Source: an uncultured virus (IMG/VR IMGVR_UViG_3300047567_000019)
Lineage: Duplodnaviria; Heunggongvirae; Uroviricota; Caudoviricetes
Virus record (IMG/VR): IMGVR_UViG_3300047567_000019
Reading direction: 5' to 3' (one strand)
Length of the DNA: 20,000 nt
Below, one piece after another: positions 1-10,629 of the stretch (within the stretch, counting starts at the first letter, position 1; every line of letters begins with the position of its first letter). The position numbers and the translations under genes are program-made. The notes beneath the pieces were generated by a model. That model searched no databases, was not told the origin of the DNA, and saw nothing but the letters and a program-made list of their open reading frames with translations.

Positions 1-2
1 GC

Positions 3-389
3 GTTTGGCACTATGTGGTTGTAAATCGAAAAGACAACAGCGTAGGACGAGCTACCTATGACAAGTGGTGTCCTGAGCATGGCGGAGCTCCGAGGACGTA
101 TATCGGTGATATGGGCAAACACATCAGCAGGGATATCGATGTTCGGATGCCTGAAGTCAAAATGGATGACGAGATATACGATTTTGGAGATGAAGATGCC
201 GATCAACCAGAGGTCGAGTACGACTTCGGCGATGAGGACAGGAAAACAGACACGCCTCCTCCCACGCAGCAGATAATAAACAATCCGCTGATCATTCAGC
301 AGAAGGGCGACGGGAATGCGGTGATCCCCAATTATGGAACGGTGAATCTTACGCTTGGGAAGCACGGAGGTGGATCGAATGAGCAGTGA
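3..389 (+). CDS. Hypothetical protein, C-terminal part only (5' end outside the window); acidic repeat linker followed by a C-terminal Q/N/G-rich motif
   Basis: Frame is open from base 3 (VWHYVVVNRKDN...), so the GTG at 15 is probably not the real start. Ends TGA 387-389, overlapping the next ATG (379). Contains YDFGDED twice and IIQQKGDGNAVIPNYGTVNLT near the C-terminus. Confidence 0.8.
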   Translation, partial: VWHYVVVNRKDNSVGRATYDKWCPEHGGAPRTYIGDMGKHISRDIDVRMPEVKMDDEIYDFGDEDADQPEVEYDFGDEDRKTDTPPPTQQIINNPLIIQQKGDGNAVIPNYGTVNLTLGKHGGGSNEQ

Positions 390-1019
390 AGTCAAGGTCA
401 TATCTGCGACCGGCCTCCCTGCGACCGGGCAGCCGCAGGTCGTACAGACAGGAAATGATAATGTAACGATACCAAACTACGGCACAGTAAATCTCACCGT
501 CCAGCAGCAATTTGCCACCATGCCTGCTTTCGGAGGCAGCTTCTATGTGCCAGTCAGAGTAAACCGCGAATATTACAACATCTTCGTAATTGGCGGAGAG
601 GAATTTGATAAACCGTATTTTAAGGTTCCGCGTGACCGGGCTCTAACGCATCTGATGTCTAAGGAGACAATGGATCGGTTTGCTGAAATGACGCAGGAGA
701 ACAAGGAAGAAATAAAAACTATGCCCTCTCTTTTCATGGCTGAGAACCGGAACTATGGAAAAGCTGATGATGATCAGATGGTTATATATGGGTTCGTTTC
801 AGACCTCAAAATTATGATAACGATGTGAAAGTGTACTACTGCGGGTACAAGATAGACATTCCGCAGCAGCGGTTAAATGAGTGCCTCGAAGAGCTGGGGC
901 TCGTTGGAGATAATAGATTTAATGAACTGAACAGGACTCACTGGTCAATCAAGCGCTGCGACCTGATACAGGAGCTGCTTGAGGCCGGAGTTCAAATCCC
1001 GGTGTTTAACATGGGGTAA
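379..1019 (+). CDS. Hypothetical protein (~213 aa after joining one frameshift at ~812); N-terminal Q/N/G motif plus a globular domain ending ELNRTHWSIK
   Basis: SD GGAGGTGG at 366-373 precedes ATG 379. ORFs 355..828 and 825..1019 join into one frame if one T is restored in 'attatgataacgatgtg' (reads ...DLKIYDNDVKVYY...). Confidence 0.75.
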
Positions 1020-1047
1020 ATTACGTGAAAGTAATGGAGGAAGATTT

Positions 1048-1260
1048 ATGAGTAACGAATTAGAAAATATCACAACAGAAGCAGCACCGGAAAAATGGGT
1101 AAACCTTGAGGATATAGCAGAACACCTCAGCGTTAGTACAGATACCGTCAGGAATTGGATAAAAGACGGCAAGCTACCATTTTATCGAGCCGGGAAACGC
1201 TATAAGTTCAAAATATCCGAAGTCGATGAATGGCTTCGAGATGGGAAAATAACGGATTAG
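1048..1260 (+). CDS. Excisionase-family (HTH_17/MerR-like) DNA-binding protein, 70 aa
   Basis: SD GGAGG at 1036-1040, ATG 1048. Sequence WVNLEDIAEHLSVSTDTVRNWIKDGKLPFYRAGKRYKFKISEVDEWL matches the HTH_17 pattern. Confidence 0.9.
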   Translation: MSNELENITTEAAPEKWVNLEDIAEHLSVSTDTVRNWIKDGKLPFYRAGKRYKFKISEVDEWLRDGKITD

Positions 1261-1299
1261 TATGTCGCACGCGAAAATGTGGCAGAAGGGAGAGTGCCT

Positions 1300-3605
1300 A
1301 TGCAGGACAAAATGCAGTCCCTCATAACAAATATAAAATTAGACGCTGCCACTTTTCATGGTGAAACTGTGGAGCCGACATATATAAATTTTTTCTTTGG
1401 CAAGAATGGCGCAGGGAAAACTACGGTTGCATCTGCATTCAAGCAGCCGGATTGCCTCGAATGGCAAACCGGAATAGTCTCCGCCGATTATACGATTCTC
1501 GTTTATGATCAGGAGTTTATCGACCGCAATCTGGCAGACTACGGTGACGTGAAGGGCGTGTTTACGCTCAGCGAGGAAAACGCCGAGATACGGAAGCAGA
1601 TCGACGATAAGACCGAAGAAAGAAAAACGGTCGTTGAAGACGGTAAGCTGGCCGCTGGAGAGCGTGACAAGAAAACTGGCGAACTCAAACCTTTGCGTGA
1701 TGCATTTGAAAGCACCTGCTGGGATGATACCGAGGACATCAGAAGGAGCTTCGACCAGACGCAGACCGGAAAGAAAAAGAAGCTGCAGTTTACGGACGAG
1801 GTGCTCTCTGGGAAGCACGCGCCGGTCGAGCACAAAAAAGAGGATATTCAAAAGCTCTACGATATCGCCTATGATCCGAATGCGCGGAAGTATCCGTTGT
1901 TCAAAACGACTGCCGAGCTGACTGGTGTGTATGACCTTTCCGGCGAGAGCCATCTCGGCGAGGAGGTGACCAGTCGCAGTGAGACGCAGTTTGCGCAGTT
2001 TATGAAAGCGCTGAATGCGACCGAGTGGGTGAAGCAAGGCCACGCAGATTATGTGGTCGGTCACGATGAAGGAAAGTGTCCCCTTCTGCCAGCGGAAGCT
2101 GCCGGATACCTTTGAAAAGGATATTGCAGAAGCTTTTGACGAAGGTTACCAGAAGGCTCTTGATGCGCTGGAAACCTTCGAGACAGAGTACACAAGGAAG
2201 ATGGCTGCCCTGCTTGAGCTGCTGAAGAATAACCTGAGTGACGTATTTCCGAAGGCGCAGACCGCTGAATACGAAAAGCTGGTGGCGCAGCTGGAAACGG
2301 CCATTACAGAGAACGAGCAGCTGATTGCAAAGAAGAGACAGGCTCCGGGCGAGCCGGTGACACTGAAAGACACAAGCTCTATTCTCGCTGACATTGATAC
2401 GGCTGTGGCGGGTATCAATAAACTGATTCAGGAGAATAACGACATTGTGGCTACCAAGCCGGAAAAGCAGCGCGAATGCTTCAATATGGTCTGGGAAGAA
2501 ATAGCCTTTATCCTGAAGGATAAGGTCGCGGCCTATTTGAAGAGCAAGGGTGATATCGAAGCTGAGGTTAAACGCCTTGACGGACAGGTGAAAGCACTGC
2601 AGGGAAAGTATAAGACGCTGACCTCGGAGATAAACACGCTTAACGCAAGTGTTATCAATACGGCTGCGACGGTAGATAGCATAAATGCTCACCTGAAGGA
2701 TTCCGGATTTGAAGGCTTCCGACTCCGAGAGAAGGAAGGGGTCAAAGGCACCTATGAGGTCATTCGCGAAGATGGCAAGGTTGCCGAGAATCTCAGTGAA
2801 GGAGAACGTAATTTTATCGCTTTCCTGTATTTCTACCATCTGGTGCGTGGTAGCCAGACCGAGACTGACTCCGGCAAGGACAAGATTGTGGTAATCGACG
2901 ATCCGGTTTCCAGCATGGATTCCAGTGCGCTCTTTATCGTCAGTGCGCTGGTGCGTGAGATGCTGGGCGTGTGCAGCAACAATGTCCGGCTCGAAGGCCA
3001 CGAATACAAGGGAAAGTACATCCAGCAGATATTCATCCTGACGCACAATGCGTTCTTCCACAGGGAGATCACATACAATCAGGTAAGCCATTACCGGTAT
3101 GTGTCTTTCTTTAAGGTGAACAAGAAGAACAACGTCTCGACCGTGGAAAAGTGCGTCATTGAGGCCACGAAGATTTCTGAAAAGGATAGGAACTTCAATC
3201 CAGTTCAGAATTCCTACGCGGCTCTGTGGAGAGAATATGAGACGCTCGACGCTCCGATCCCGCTCATGAATGTGATCCGGCGGATTCTGGAGTACTACTT
3301 CCTTCAGCTTTGCGGGTTTGAAAGCAGCCGTCAATGAGTACGATACGGTGCTTGAAGCTGTAAAGAAAGAGATTGATGGAGGAAGGCCAGCCGGCATGGA
3401 GTTCCGGATTACACGAAATACCATCTTGCGCAGGTGCCATGCTCTCCTACATAAACGGCATACGGACTCCTTTAATGACGGACTGTCATTTTGTCGATGA
3501 GAGCATCGATTGCGACCAGTATAGAGATGTGTTTCATTCACGATCTTTGATGGTGATGAATCAGGGACAGCACTTACAAGAGACATGATGGAAGAAGTCG
3601 GATAA
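1300..3605 (+). CDS. RloC-like (AAA_13) Rad50-type ABC ATPase with zinc hook, coiled coils and a C-terminal HEPN-like region; frameshifted as sequenced
   Basis: Walker A GKNGAGKTT; zinc hook CPFC restored by removing one C from the C-run at 2080-2083; signature LSEGE; Walker B/D-loop IVVIDDPVSSMD; H-loop LTHN; C-terminal NVIRRILEYYF. Several more indels at ~3325-3590; plausible stop TAA 3603-3605 (end approximate). Confidence 0.8.
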
Positions 3606-3664
3606 GGTTGTCCACGGCACTTGGCCCACGGAATAGATTACATAAGGAAGGCGAGCACTGCTTA

Positions 3665-6600
3665 ATGAAAATCTTTGACAATGTCACGGATATAGTCCGG
3701 GACGATTTAAAACAGACGGTGAAGCGTGGCAGCAAGGTTTCCATTGCCGCTGCATGCTTCTCCATGTACGCATATAAAGAGTTGAAGACGCAACTGGAGC
3801 AGGTGGACGAGTTCCGGTTCATTTTCACGTCTCCGACATTTATCAAGGAAAAGGCTGAGAAGCAGAAGCGCGAATTCTATATCCCGCGTCTCAGCCGCGA
3901 AAGCAGTCTGTACGGTACGGAATTTGAAATCAAGCTGCGTAATGAGATGACGCAGAAGGCCATCGCAAAGGAATGCGCAGATTGGATCAAGCGCAAGGCG
4001 ACCTTTAAGTCCAATGTTACCGGCGAGAACATGGGCGGCTTTATGACTATTGCTGCTCCATGCTGAGGAAGTAGCATATATGCCGATGAACGGCTTTCAC
4101 GACTGTTGATATCGGCTGCGAACGCGGCAACAACAGCTATAACATGGTCAACCGCATGGAGGCGCCGTTCTCCACGCAGTACATGCAGCTTTTCGAGTCG
4201 CTTTGGAATGACAAGGATAAGATGCAGGACGTAACCGATGTCATCATTTCAAATATCAGTACGGCCTACAATGAGAACTCACCGGAATTCATTTATTTCA
4301 TGACACTCTATAACGTGTTCAGTGAGTTCCTTGATGATATTTCGGAGGACGTTTTGCCGAATGAGGCGACCGGTTTTAAGCAGAGCAAAATCTGGAGTAT
4401 GCTATATGACTTCCAGAGGGACGCGGTACTTGCCATCATCAACAAGCTGGAGAAGTACAACGGCTGCATTCTTGCTGACAGCGTCGGTCTTGGTAAGACC
4501 TTCACTGCGCTGGCTGTTATCAAATATTATGAGAACAGGAATAAAACCGTCCTTGTCCTCTGCCCGAAGAAGCTATCGGAAAACTGGAATACCTATAAGG
4601 ATAACTATGTCAATAATCCGATTGCGTCTGACAGATTAAATTATGATGTTCTTTTCCATACCGACCTTTCTCGTGCTGGTGGCTTTTCCAATGGGCTCGA
4701 TCTCGATCGCCTGAACTGGGGAAACTATGATCTTGTGGTCATAGACGAGTCGCATAACTTCAGGAATGGTGCTGGTACCCATGCCAACACGCAGGAGAAC
4801 CGCTATGTGAAATTGATGGACAAGGTGATCCGTGCTGGCGTCAAGACGAAAGTGTTGATGCTGTCAGCGACACCGGTCAACAACAGATTCACCGACCTGA
4901 AAAATCAGCTGGCCATCGCCTATGAGGGGAACTCGGAATTTATCAATGAGAAGCTCGATACCAAAAAGCCGATTGATGAGATATTCCGTCAGGCGCAGAA
5001 AGCCTTCAATGCATGGAGCAAGCTCGATCCGGAAGCAAGAACGACGGACGCGCTGCTTAGGACACTGGATTTCGATTTCTTTGAAGTCCTCGATAGCGTG
5101 ACGATTGCCCGCTCCAGAAAGCACATAGAGAAATATTACAACACGGAAGAAATCGGCAAGTTCCCGCAACGCCTGAAGCCTATCTCAAGGCGTCCGAGCA
5201 TGACCGATCTTTCGAGCGCCATAAACTATAACCAGATTTACGAGCAGTTGATGCAGCTGACGCTCGTGATCTATACTCCGTCAAACTATATCTTTCCGAG
5301 CAAGATGTCGAAGTACATCGACCTCACGCACAACAAAGGAAATAACCTTACGCAGAAAGGCCGTGAGCAAGGTATCCAGCGTTTGATGAGTATCAATCTC
5401 CTGAAGCGTCTGGAGAGCTCTGTTTATTCCTTCAATTTGACATTGAGCAGAATTCTGGCGCTGATAAAGAGCACCATCTCAGCCATTGACAGCTTTGAGA
5501 AAAATGGAAAAGCTGATCTGGATATGTATGAGGCTTCTGACAGCGATTTTGATATTGATGACGAGAATAACGATTACTTCACCGTCGGCAAAAAGGTAAA
5601 GATTGACCTTGCTGATATGGACTATAAAACATGGCGTGATGAGCTGCAGCGCGATGCGGATACGCTTGAGCTGCTGACGCTTATGATCGCCGATGTTACA
5701 CCGGAACATGATCTGAAGCTGCAGACCTTGTTGCACCTGCTGGATGAGAAAATGAAGCATCCTATCAATGAGGGCAACAAGAAGGTGCTGATCTTCTCCG
5801 CGTTCTCCGATACGGCAGAGTATCTGTACGATCAGGTGTCTGCCTACATGAAATCAAACTATGGTCTGGATACAGCGGTTATTACTGGAAGCATTGACGG
5901 ACGGACTACCATCAAAGGCCTGAAAGCCACGCTCAATAATGTGCTGACCTGCTTCTCGCCTATATCAAAGAGCCGTGATGTTCTGATGCCGGGCAGTACA
6001 AAGGAAATTGATGTCCTGATTGCTACGGACTGTATTTCAGAAGGACAGAACTTGCAGGACTGCGACTATCTGGTGAATTACGATATTCACTGGAATCCTG
6101 TACGCATTATTCAGCGCTTCGGTCGAATTGACCGTATCGGCAGCAGGAACCAGTATATTCAGCTGGTGAACTTCTGGCCGGACATGACGCTGGACGACTA
6201 CATCAACCTTAAATCTCGCGTGGAGACCAGAATGAAAATCTCCGTTATGACCTCGACCGGAGACGATGACCTGATCAATCCAGAGGAAAAAGGCGACCTC
6301 GAATACAGAAAGCAGCAGCTGAAGCGTCTGCAGGAAGAGGTCGTGGATATTGAAGATATGTCCACGGGTATTTCCATCATGGATCTGGGACTAAATGAGT
6401 TCCGGCTTGACCTGCTGGAATATATAAAGACGCATGACCTTAGTACTAAGCCGAAGGGACTGCACGCGGTAGTTCCGGCCACGGAGGAGAATCCGGAGGG
6501 CGTGATCTTTGTCCTACGGAACATCAATAACAGTATCAACATTGATAACCAGAATCGCATTCACCCGTTCTACATGGTGTATATCGGTGTAGACGGAGAA

Positions 6601-6894
6601 ATTGTCTGCGACTACTTGAATCCGAAGAAGCTGCTGGACACCGTCCGGCTGTTGTGCCGAGGAAAGTCCGAACCGGTACTGACGCTGTGTGAAAAATTCA
6701 ATAAGGAAACAGATGATGGAAGAAACATGGAGGAAGTGTCGCAGCTTCTCTCCGATGCGATCAATTCCATTATTGACGTAAAAGAAGAAAGCGATATTGA
6801 TAGCCTGTTCTCCGCTGGAGGGACTTCTGCCCTGATGTCAGAGATCAACGGGCTGGATGACTTTGAGCTTATTTGCTTCTTAGTAGTGAAATGA
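3665..6894 (+). CDS. SNF2-family helicase with an N-terminal PLD-like domain; frameshifted at ~4060-4100
   Basis: SD AAGGAAGG before ATG 3665 (MKIFDNVTDIVRDDLK...SIAAACFSMYAY). ORF 4144..6894 has LADSVGLGKT (motif I), VIDESHNFRN (DExH), SATP (III), ATDCISEGQNLQ (V) and QRFGRIDRIG (VI). Confidence 0.85.
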
Positions 6895-6907
6895 GGAGGT
6901 GCATCCG

Positions 6908-7576
6908 GTGATTGGATTACCGAAGAGCACGGAGTTTAACCGGCGCATCCCGAAGCAGAAGTTCTATGAGAACATTTCTGTATCGCCGACGTTAAAGCGA
7001 GTGTTCATAGATCAGATCAAGGTGATCTACTGGCGCAACAAAGTGGCCGCGACAACTATGAATCTTGCCGCCGGAGACACCGTAACGGAGCTGGAGGTCT
7101 TTGAAATAAAACTGAACGGGCAGCAGCTTGACGAGTCCGTCCTCCGGCAGATAGATAAAGAGATACCGTACCACATTCTGTTCCTGCTGGAATACGATGG
7201 CAAGTATCAGGCGTGGACAGCCTACAAAGAGGCTGCGGCTTCCGGATCAAATGCATTTAAGGTGGGTACGTACTACCACACGGATTGGCTCCCGGAAGAT
7301 GAGCTGCCTCTGAAGGTAGAAGGCCTGAGTGTCGATAAGGTTTATGAGAATTTTGTGCGGCAGATCGCGGGCGATGCGCTCCGCGCCGAGGACGGAAAGA
7401 CTGAATCGCTGAAGGAATCCGTAGAGCGCGATACCCGCCGTCAGGAGCTGGAAAAGCAGATCGCAGCACTTCAAACGAAAGTCCGCAAGGAAAAGCAGCT
7501 GAACAAGCAGGTGCAGCTGAACGCGGAGCTAAAGAAACTGAAAAAAGAACTGGAGGTGCTGGGTAATGGATCATGA
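6908..7576 (+). CDS. DUF4391 family protein
   Basis: SD GAGGAGGT then GTG 6908. N-terminus (M)IGLPKSTEFNRRIPKQKFY and C-terminal coiled coil KVRKEKQLNKQVQLNAELKKLK are typical of DUF4391, as is the position between an SNF2 helicase and Type III mod. Confidence 0.8.
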   Translation: MIGLPKSTEFNRRIPKQKFYENISVSPTLKRVFIDQIKVIYWRNKVAATTMNLAAGDTVTELEVFEIKLNGQQLDESVLRQIDKEIPYHILFLLEYDGKYQAWTAYKEAAASGSNAFKVGTYYHTDWLPEDELPLKVEGLSVDKVYENFVRQIAGDALRAEDGKTESLKESVERDTRRQELEKQIAALQTKVRKEKQLNKQVQLNAELKKLKKELEVLGNGS

Positions 7577-8645
7577 TCAAGAAGTTCGAAAAATCCTTGC
7601 AGGAAGAACTTCTTCTGGCACGATCAGGAGCAGAGAAAGTAATACTGTTGAGTTCAAACAGTCTTTCAATAAAGGAAATACTGCAGCTTATGCTAAAACG
7701 ATGGCTGCTTATGCAAATAACAGCGGAGGATATATTATCTTCGGCATCACAGACTCGCCAAGAAAAATCGTAGGCCTTAAAAATGATAACTTTGAAAACT
7801 TGAAGCAGGAAGTATTTACTGACGCCATAAACGCCCTTTTCTCACCTGCTATAGAATGGGAAATGGGGGCAATTGTTCTGGAAGAAGAAAAAGAGGATGA
7901 TAACGGTGTCATTATTACAGAGCGAAAGAAAATCGGCTGGATATATACAATCGAGTCTGAAATAAAGCCCGTGATCGCTCAAAAGGATAACAGCAGCGAA
8001 AGTATAACAGCTGGAGATGTATTTTATCGTTATCGGGCGAGAAACGGAAAAATAAAGCCTGCCGAGATGGAGCGGATTATATCGGATCGCATAAATCGAG
8101 AACGAGAAAATTTGCTTCGCGTCCTTGAGGTGATACGCAAGAGCGGGACTGCCAATTTGGGTATTGTAAATTATAGCGACGGAAAGTTTTCAACTCCGTA
8201 TGGTGTGGATGTTGCCTTTGATAGAAAACTGGTCACTCAGGTTTTGAAGAAAGCAAAGTTCATAAAGGAAGGGAGCTTCAACGAGACGGATGGTATTCCG
8301 GTTATAAAGGTCACGGGTAATATTGATCTGGCAGAGGAAGTTCCTGTTCCTGAAGGGAATCCAGACGATACTCATCCGTATATTCAGAAGCAGATGGCTG
8401 AAAAGCTGGGAATCAGCACGCAAGATTTATACGCACTCATTTGGTACTTTAAGATGAAGGAATCCAAGAAATATCATCTGGAAATAACCGTCTCCAAGAG
8501 TGGAAAGACACACAAGTTTTCAAACTTTGCGCTCGAATTCCTACAAGAGAAACTAAACGAGCTGAAGGGCAATGATGCAGAGTTTGAAAAAATTAGAATG
8601 GCTTATAAGAACAGAAACAAGCAGGAGGAAAAAACTAATGGATAA
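7566..8645 (+). CDS. Schlafen/AlbA_2 domain protein with an uncharacterised C-terminal domain
   Basis: RESNTVEFKQSF...YAKTMAAYANNSGGYIIFGITD is the AlbA_2 signature. Intact 359-aa ORF, visibly more AT-rich than its upstream neighbours, overlapping both flanking genes. Confidence 0.85.
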   Translation: MDHDQEVRKILAGRTSSGTIRSRESNTVEFKQSFNKGNTAAYAKTMAAYANNSGGYIIFGITDSPRKIVGLKNDNFENLKQEVFTDAINALFSPAIEWEMGAIVLEEEKEDDNGVIITERKKIGWIYTIESEIKPVIAQKDNSSESITAGDVFYRYRARNGKIKPAEMERIISDRINRERENLLRVLEVIRKSGTANLGIVNYSDGKFSTPYGVDVAFDRKLVTQVLKKAKFIKEGSFNETDGIPVIKVTGNIDLAEEVPVPEGNPDDTHPYIQKQMAEKLGISTQDLYALIWYFKMKESKKYHLEITVSKSGKTHKFSNFALEFLQEKLNELKGNDAEFEKIRMAYKNRNKQEEKTNG

Positions 8646-10614
8646 GATGAGAATGGAGTCAGTTGACATGACTGAGAAGAACATCGACAGGGTTGCAGAC
8701 CTGTTCCCAAACTGCATCACTGAGGCCTGTGGACGAAGAGCGCAGCACTCCTGACCATAAGGTCTACAAGAAAGTTGTGAATTTCGACCTGCTCCGCCAG
8801 ATGCTTTCCGGAGATGTTCTGGAAGGCGATGAGGCTTATGAATTTACATGGGTTGGTAAGAAAGCTGCTATTGTAGAGGCAAATAAGCCTGTCCGCAAAA
8901 CATTGCGTCCATGCCCGGAAGAGAGTGTTGAGTGGGATACTACGGAGAATCTGTATATCGAGGGCGACAATATTGATGTATTAAAACTCTCTGCAGGAAA
9001 GCTATCTTGGTAAGGTAAAGATGATATATATCGATCCACCTTATAATACCGGCTCGGATAGTTTTGTGTATCCTGATGATTACGGAATGTCACAGGATGA
9101 ATATGAGAGTGAAAGCGGTGCTGTTGACGATGACGGTAATACTGTATTTAAGGAAAACAGCAAAACAAATCCTCGTTACCATTCCAAATGGTGCTCCATG
9201 ATATATGAGAGGTTGATGCTTGCACGAAATCTTTTAAGCGACGAGGGAGCCATTTTCATACATATAGACGAACATGAAGTCTATACGTTGGAGATGATGT
9301 GCAATGAAATCTTTGGCGTGCAGAATGAACTTGGCACCATTGTATGGGACAAAAGGAATCCGAAAGGTGTTGTGGCTGGTGTTGCTTATCAACATGAATC
9401 CATTTTAGTGTTTTGCAAAAATATTTCTGTTTTTGCTGGGGTGCCTTTTACCAAAAAGAAGGAACATGCAGATGCAATGATGTCTAAAGCTGCTTCTTTG
9501 ATTAGAAAGTATGGTGGTGTTACAGAGCAGGTTAGAACTGAGTTTAAGGACTGGATAAAGGCAAATAAAGCGGACTTATCAGGTGGAGAAAGTGCGTACA
9601 GCCTTATTGATGATGCAGGAAATATATATCAACCTGTTTCGATGGCTGCACCGGATAAGCCGGAAACCCGTTCGCACCGGCCTCTGATACATCCTAAAAC
9701 AGGAAAACCTTGTCCTGTTCCTGCGAAGGGGTGGCGATTTACCGATCCTACAATGGATGATTTGCTCAAAAGGGATAAGATTGAGTTTGGAGCTGATGAG
9801 TCCACCCAGCCGAGACAGAAATATTTTCTTAAAGAGAATATGTATGAGGCTGTTTCCTCGCTCCTTTACTATGGAGGATCTGACGATGCCTTAGGCTTGC
9901 CGTTTGAGAACCCTAAGCCGGTATATGTGGCGAAAAAGTTGATAAGCTCACTTGCAAAGCAAGATGGGGATATCGTTATGGACTTCTTCTCCGGTTCAGC
10001 TACTACTGCCCATGCGGTTATGGAATTGAACGCAGAGGATGGAGTTAAGCGTACCTTTATAATGGTTCAATATCCTGAACTATTAAAGAGAAATCGCCAG
10101 CGTATAAGGAGGGGTATAGGACTATTCCTGAGATTGGGAAGAAACGTATAAAACTCGCAATTGAGAAAATTAAAGAGGAATCGAACCCAAATACTGTAGA
10201 CCTTGGCTTTAGGGTATTTAAGACAGATGAAAGTAATATGAATGACAGTTTATTATTCAGCGGGAGAATATAATCAAGGGATGCTTTCGCTGCTGGAGTC
10301 TAATGTCAAAGTCGGATCGTTCAATGACCTCGATCTGCTCTTTGGCTGCCTTGCTTGAGTGGGGACTTCCGCTCTCGATGCCGTACACGTCAGAGCAGAT
10401 TGAAGGTTGCACAGTACACACATACAACGATGGCGATCTGATTGCTTGCTTTGATGAGAATATTCCGGATGCAGTTATTAAAGGAAATCGCGAAGAGCGT
10501 CAGCCGCTTCGTGCTGTATTCCGCGACAGCAGCTTTAATGGAAGCCCGGCAAAAATCAACGTGGGAGAGATTTTCAAAATGCTGGCACCAGACACAAGAG
10601 TAAAAGTAATTTAA
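8638..10614 (+). CDS. mod: Type III restriction-modification methyltransferase (Mod subunit); multiple frameshifts as sequenced
   Basis: SD AGGAGG, ATG 8638 (MDKMRMESVD...LFPNCITE). Fragments contain YEFTWVGKK, NLYIEGDN, motif IV IYIDPPYNTG, motif I DFFSGSATT (beta-class order) and the C-terminal RAVFRDSSF...INVGEIFK...KVI. Indels near 8727, 8990, 10085 and 10245-10500. Confidence 0.9.
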
Positions 10615-10629
10615 GGAGGTGGCATCCGT

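Noticed and set aside
404..429. Short direct repeat CTGCGACCGG x2 (ATGLPATG) at the start of gene 2
   Set aside because: A 10-bp local duplication in a low-complexity N-terminus; no evidence of function.
825..1019. Independent 64-aa gene
   Set aside because: Better explained as the frameshifted C-terminus of the gene starting at 379; restoring one base gives a continuous protein.
1048..1260. HTH_17 gene as proof of a prophage/ICE excision module
   Set aside because: No integrase is adjacent in the window, and such HTH genes also occur as regulators in defence operons; role left open.
2000..3586. 528-aa minus-strand ORF (and other minus-strand ORFs such as 1339..2064, 10883..11395, 12926..13609)
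   Set aside because: Antisense shadows of well-supported + strand genes; no recognisable motifs.
3665..7576. DISARM, BREX or Zorya assignment for the helicase cluster
   Set aside because: No DUF1998/DrmAB, PglZ/BrxC or ZorAB-like genes; the partners are clearly Type III Mod and Res.
8638..10614. Phase-variable mod (phasevarion)
   Set aside because: No long simple-sequence repeat tract seen; the frameshifts are scattered single-base indels like those in other genes.
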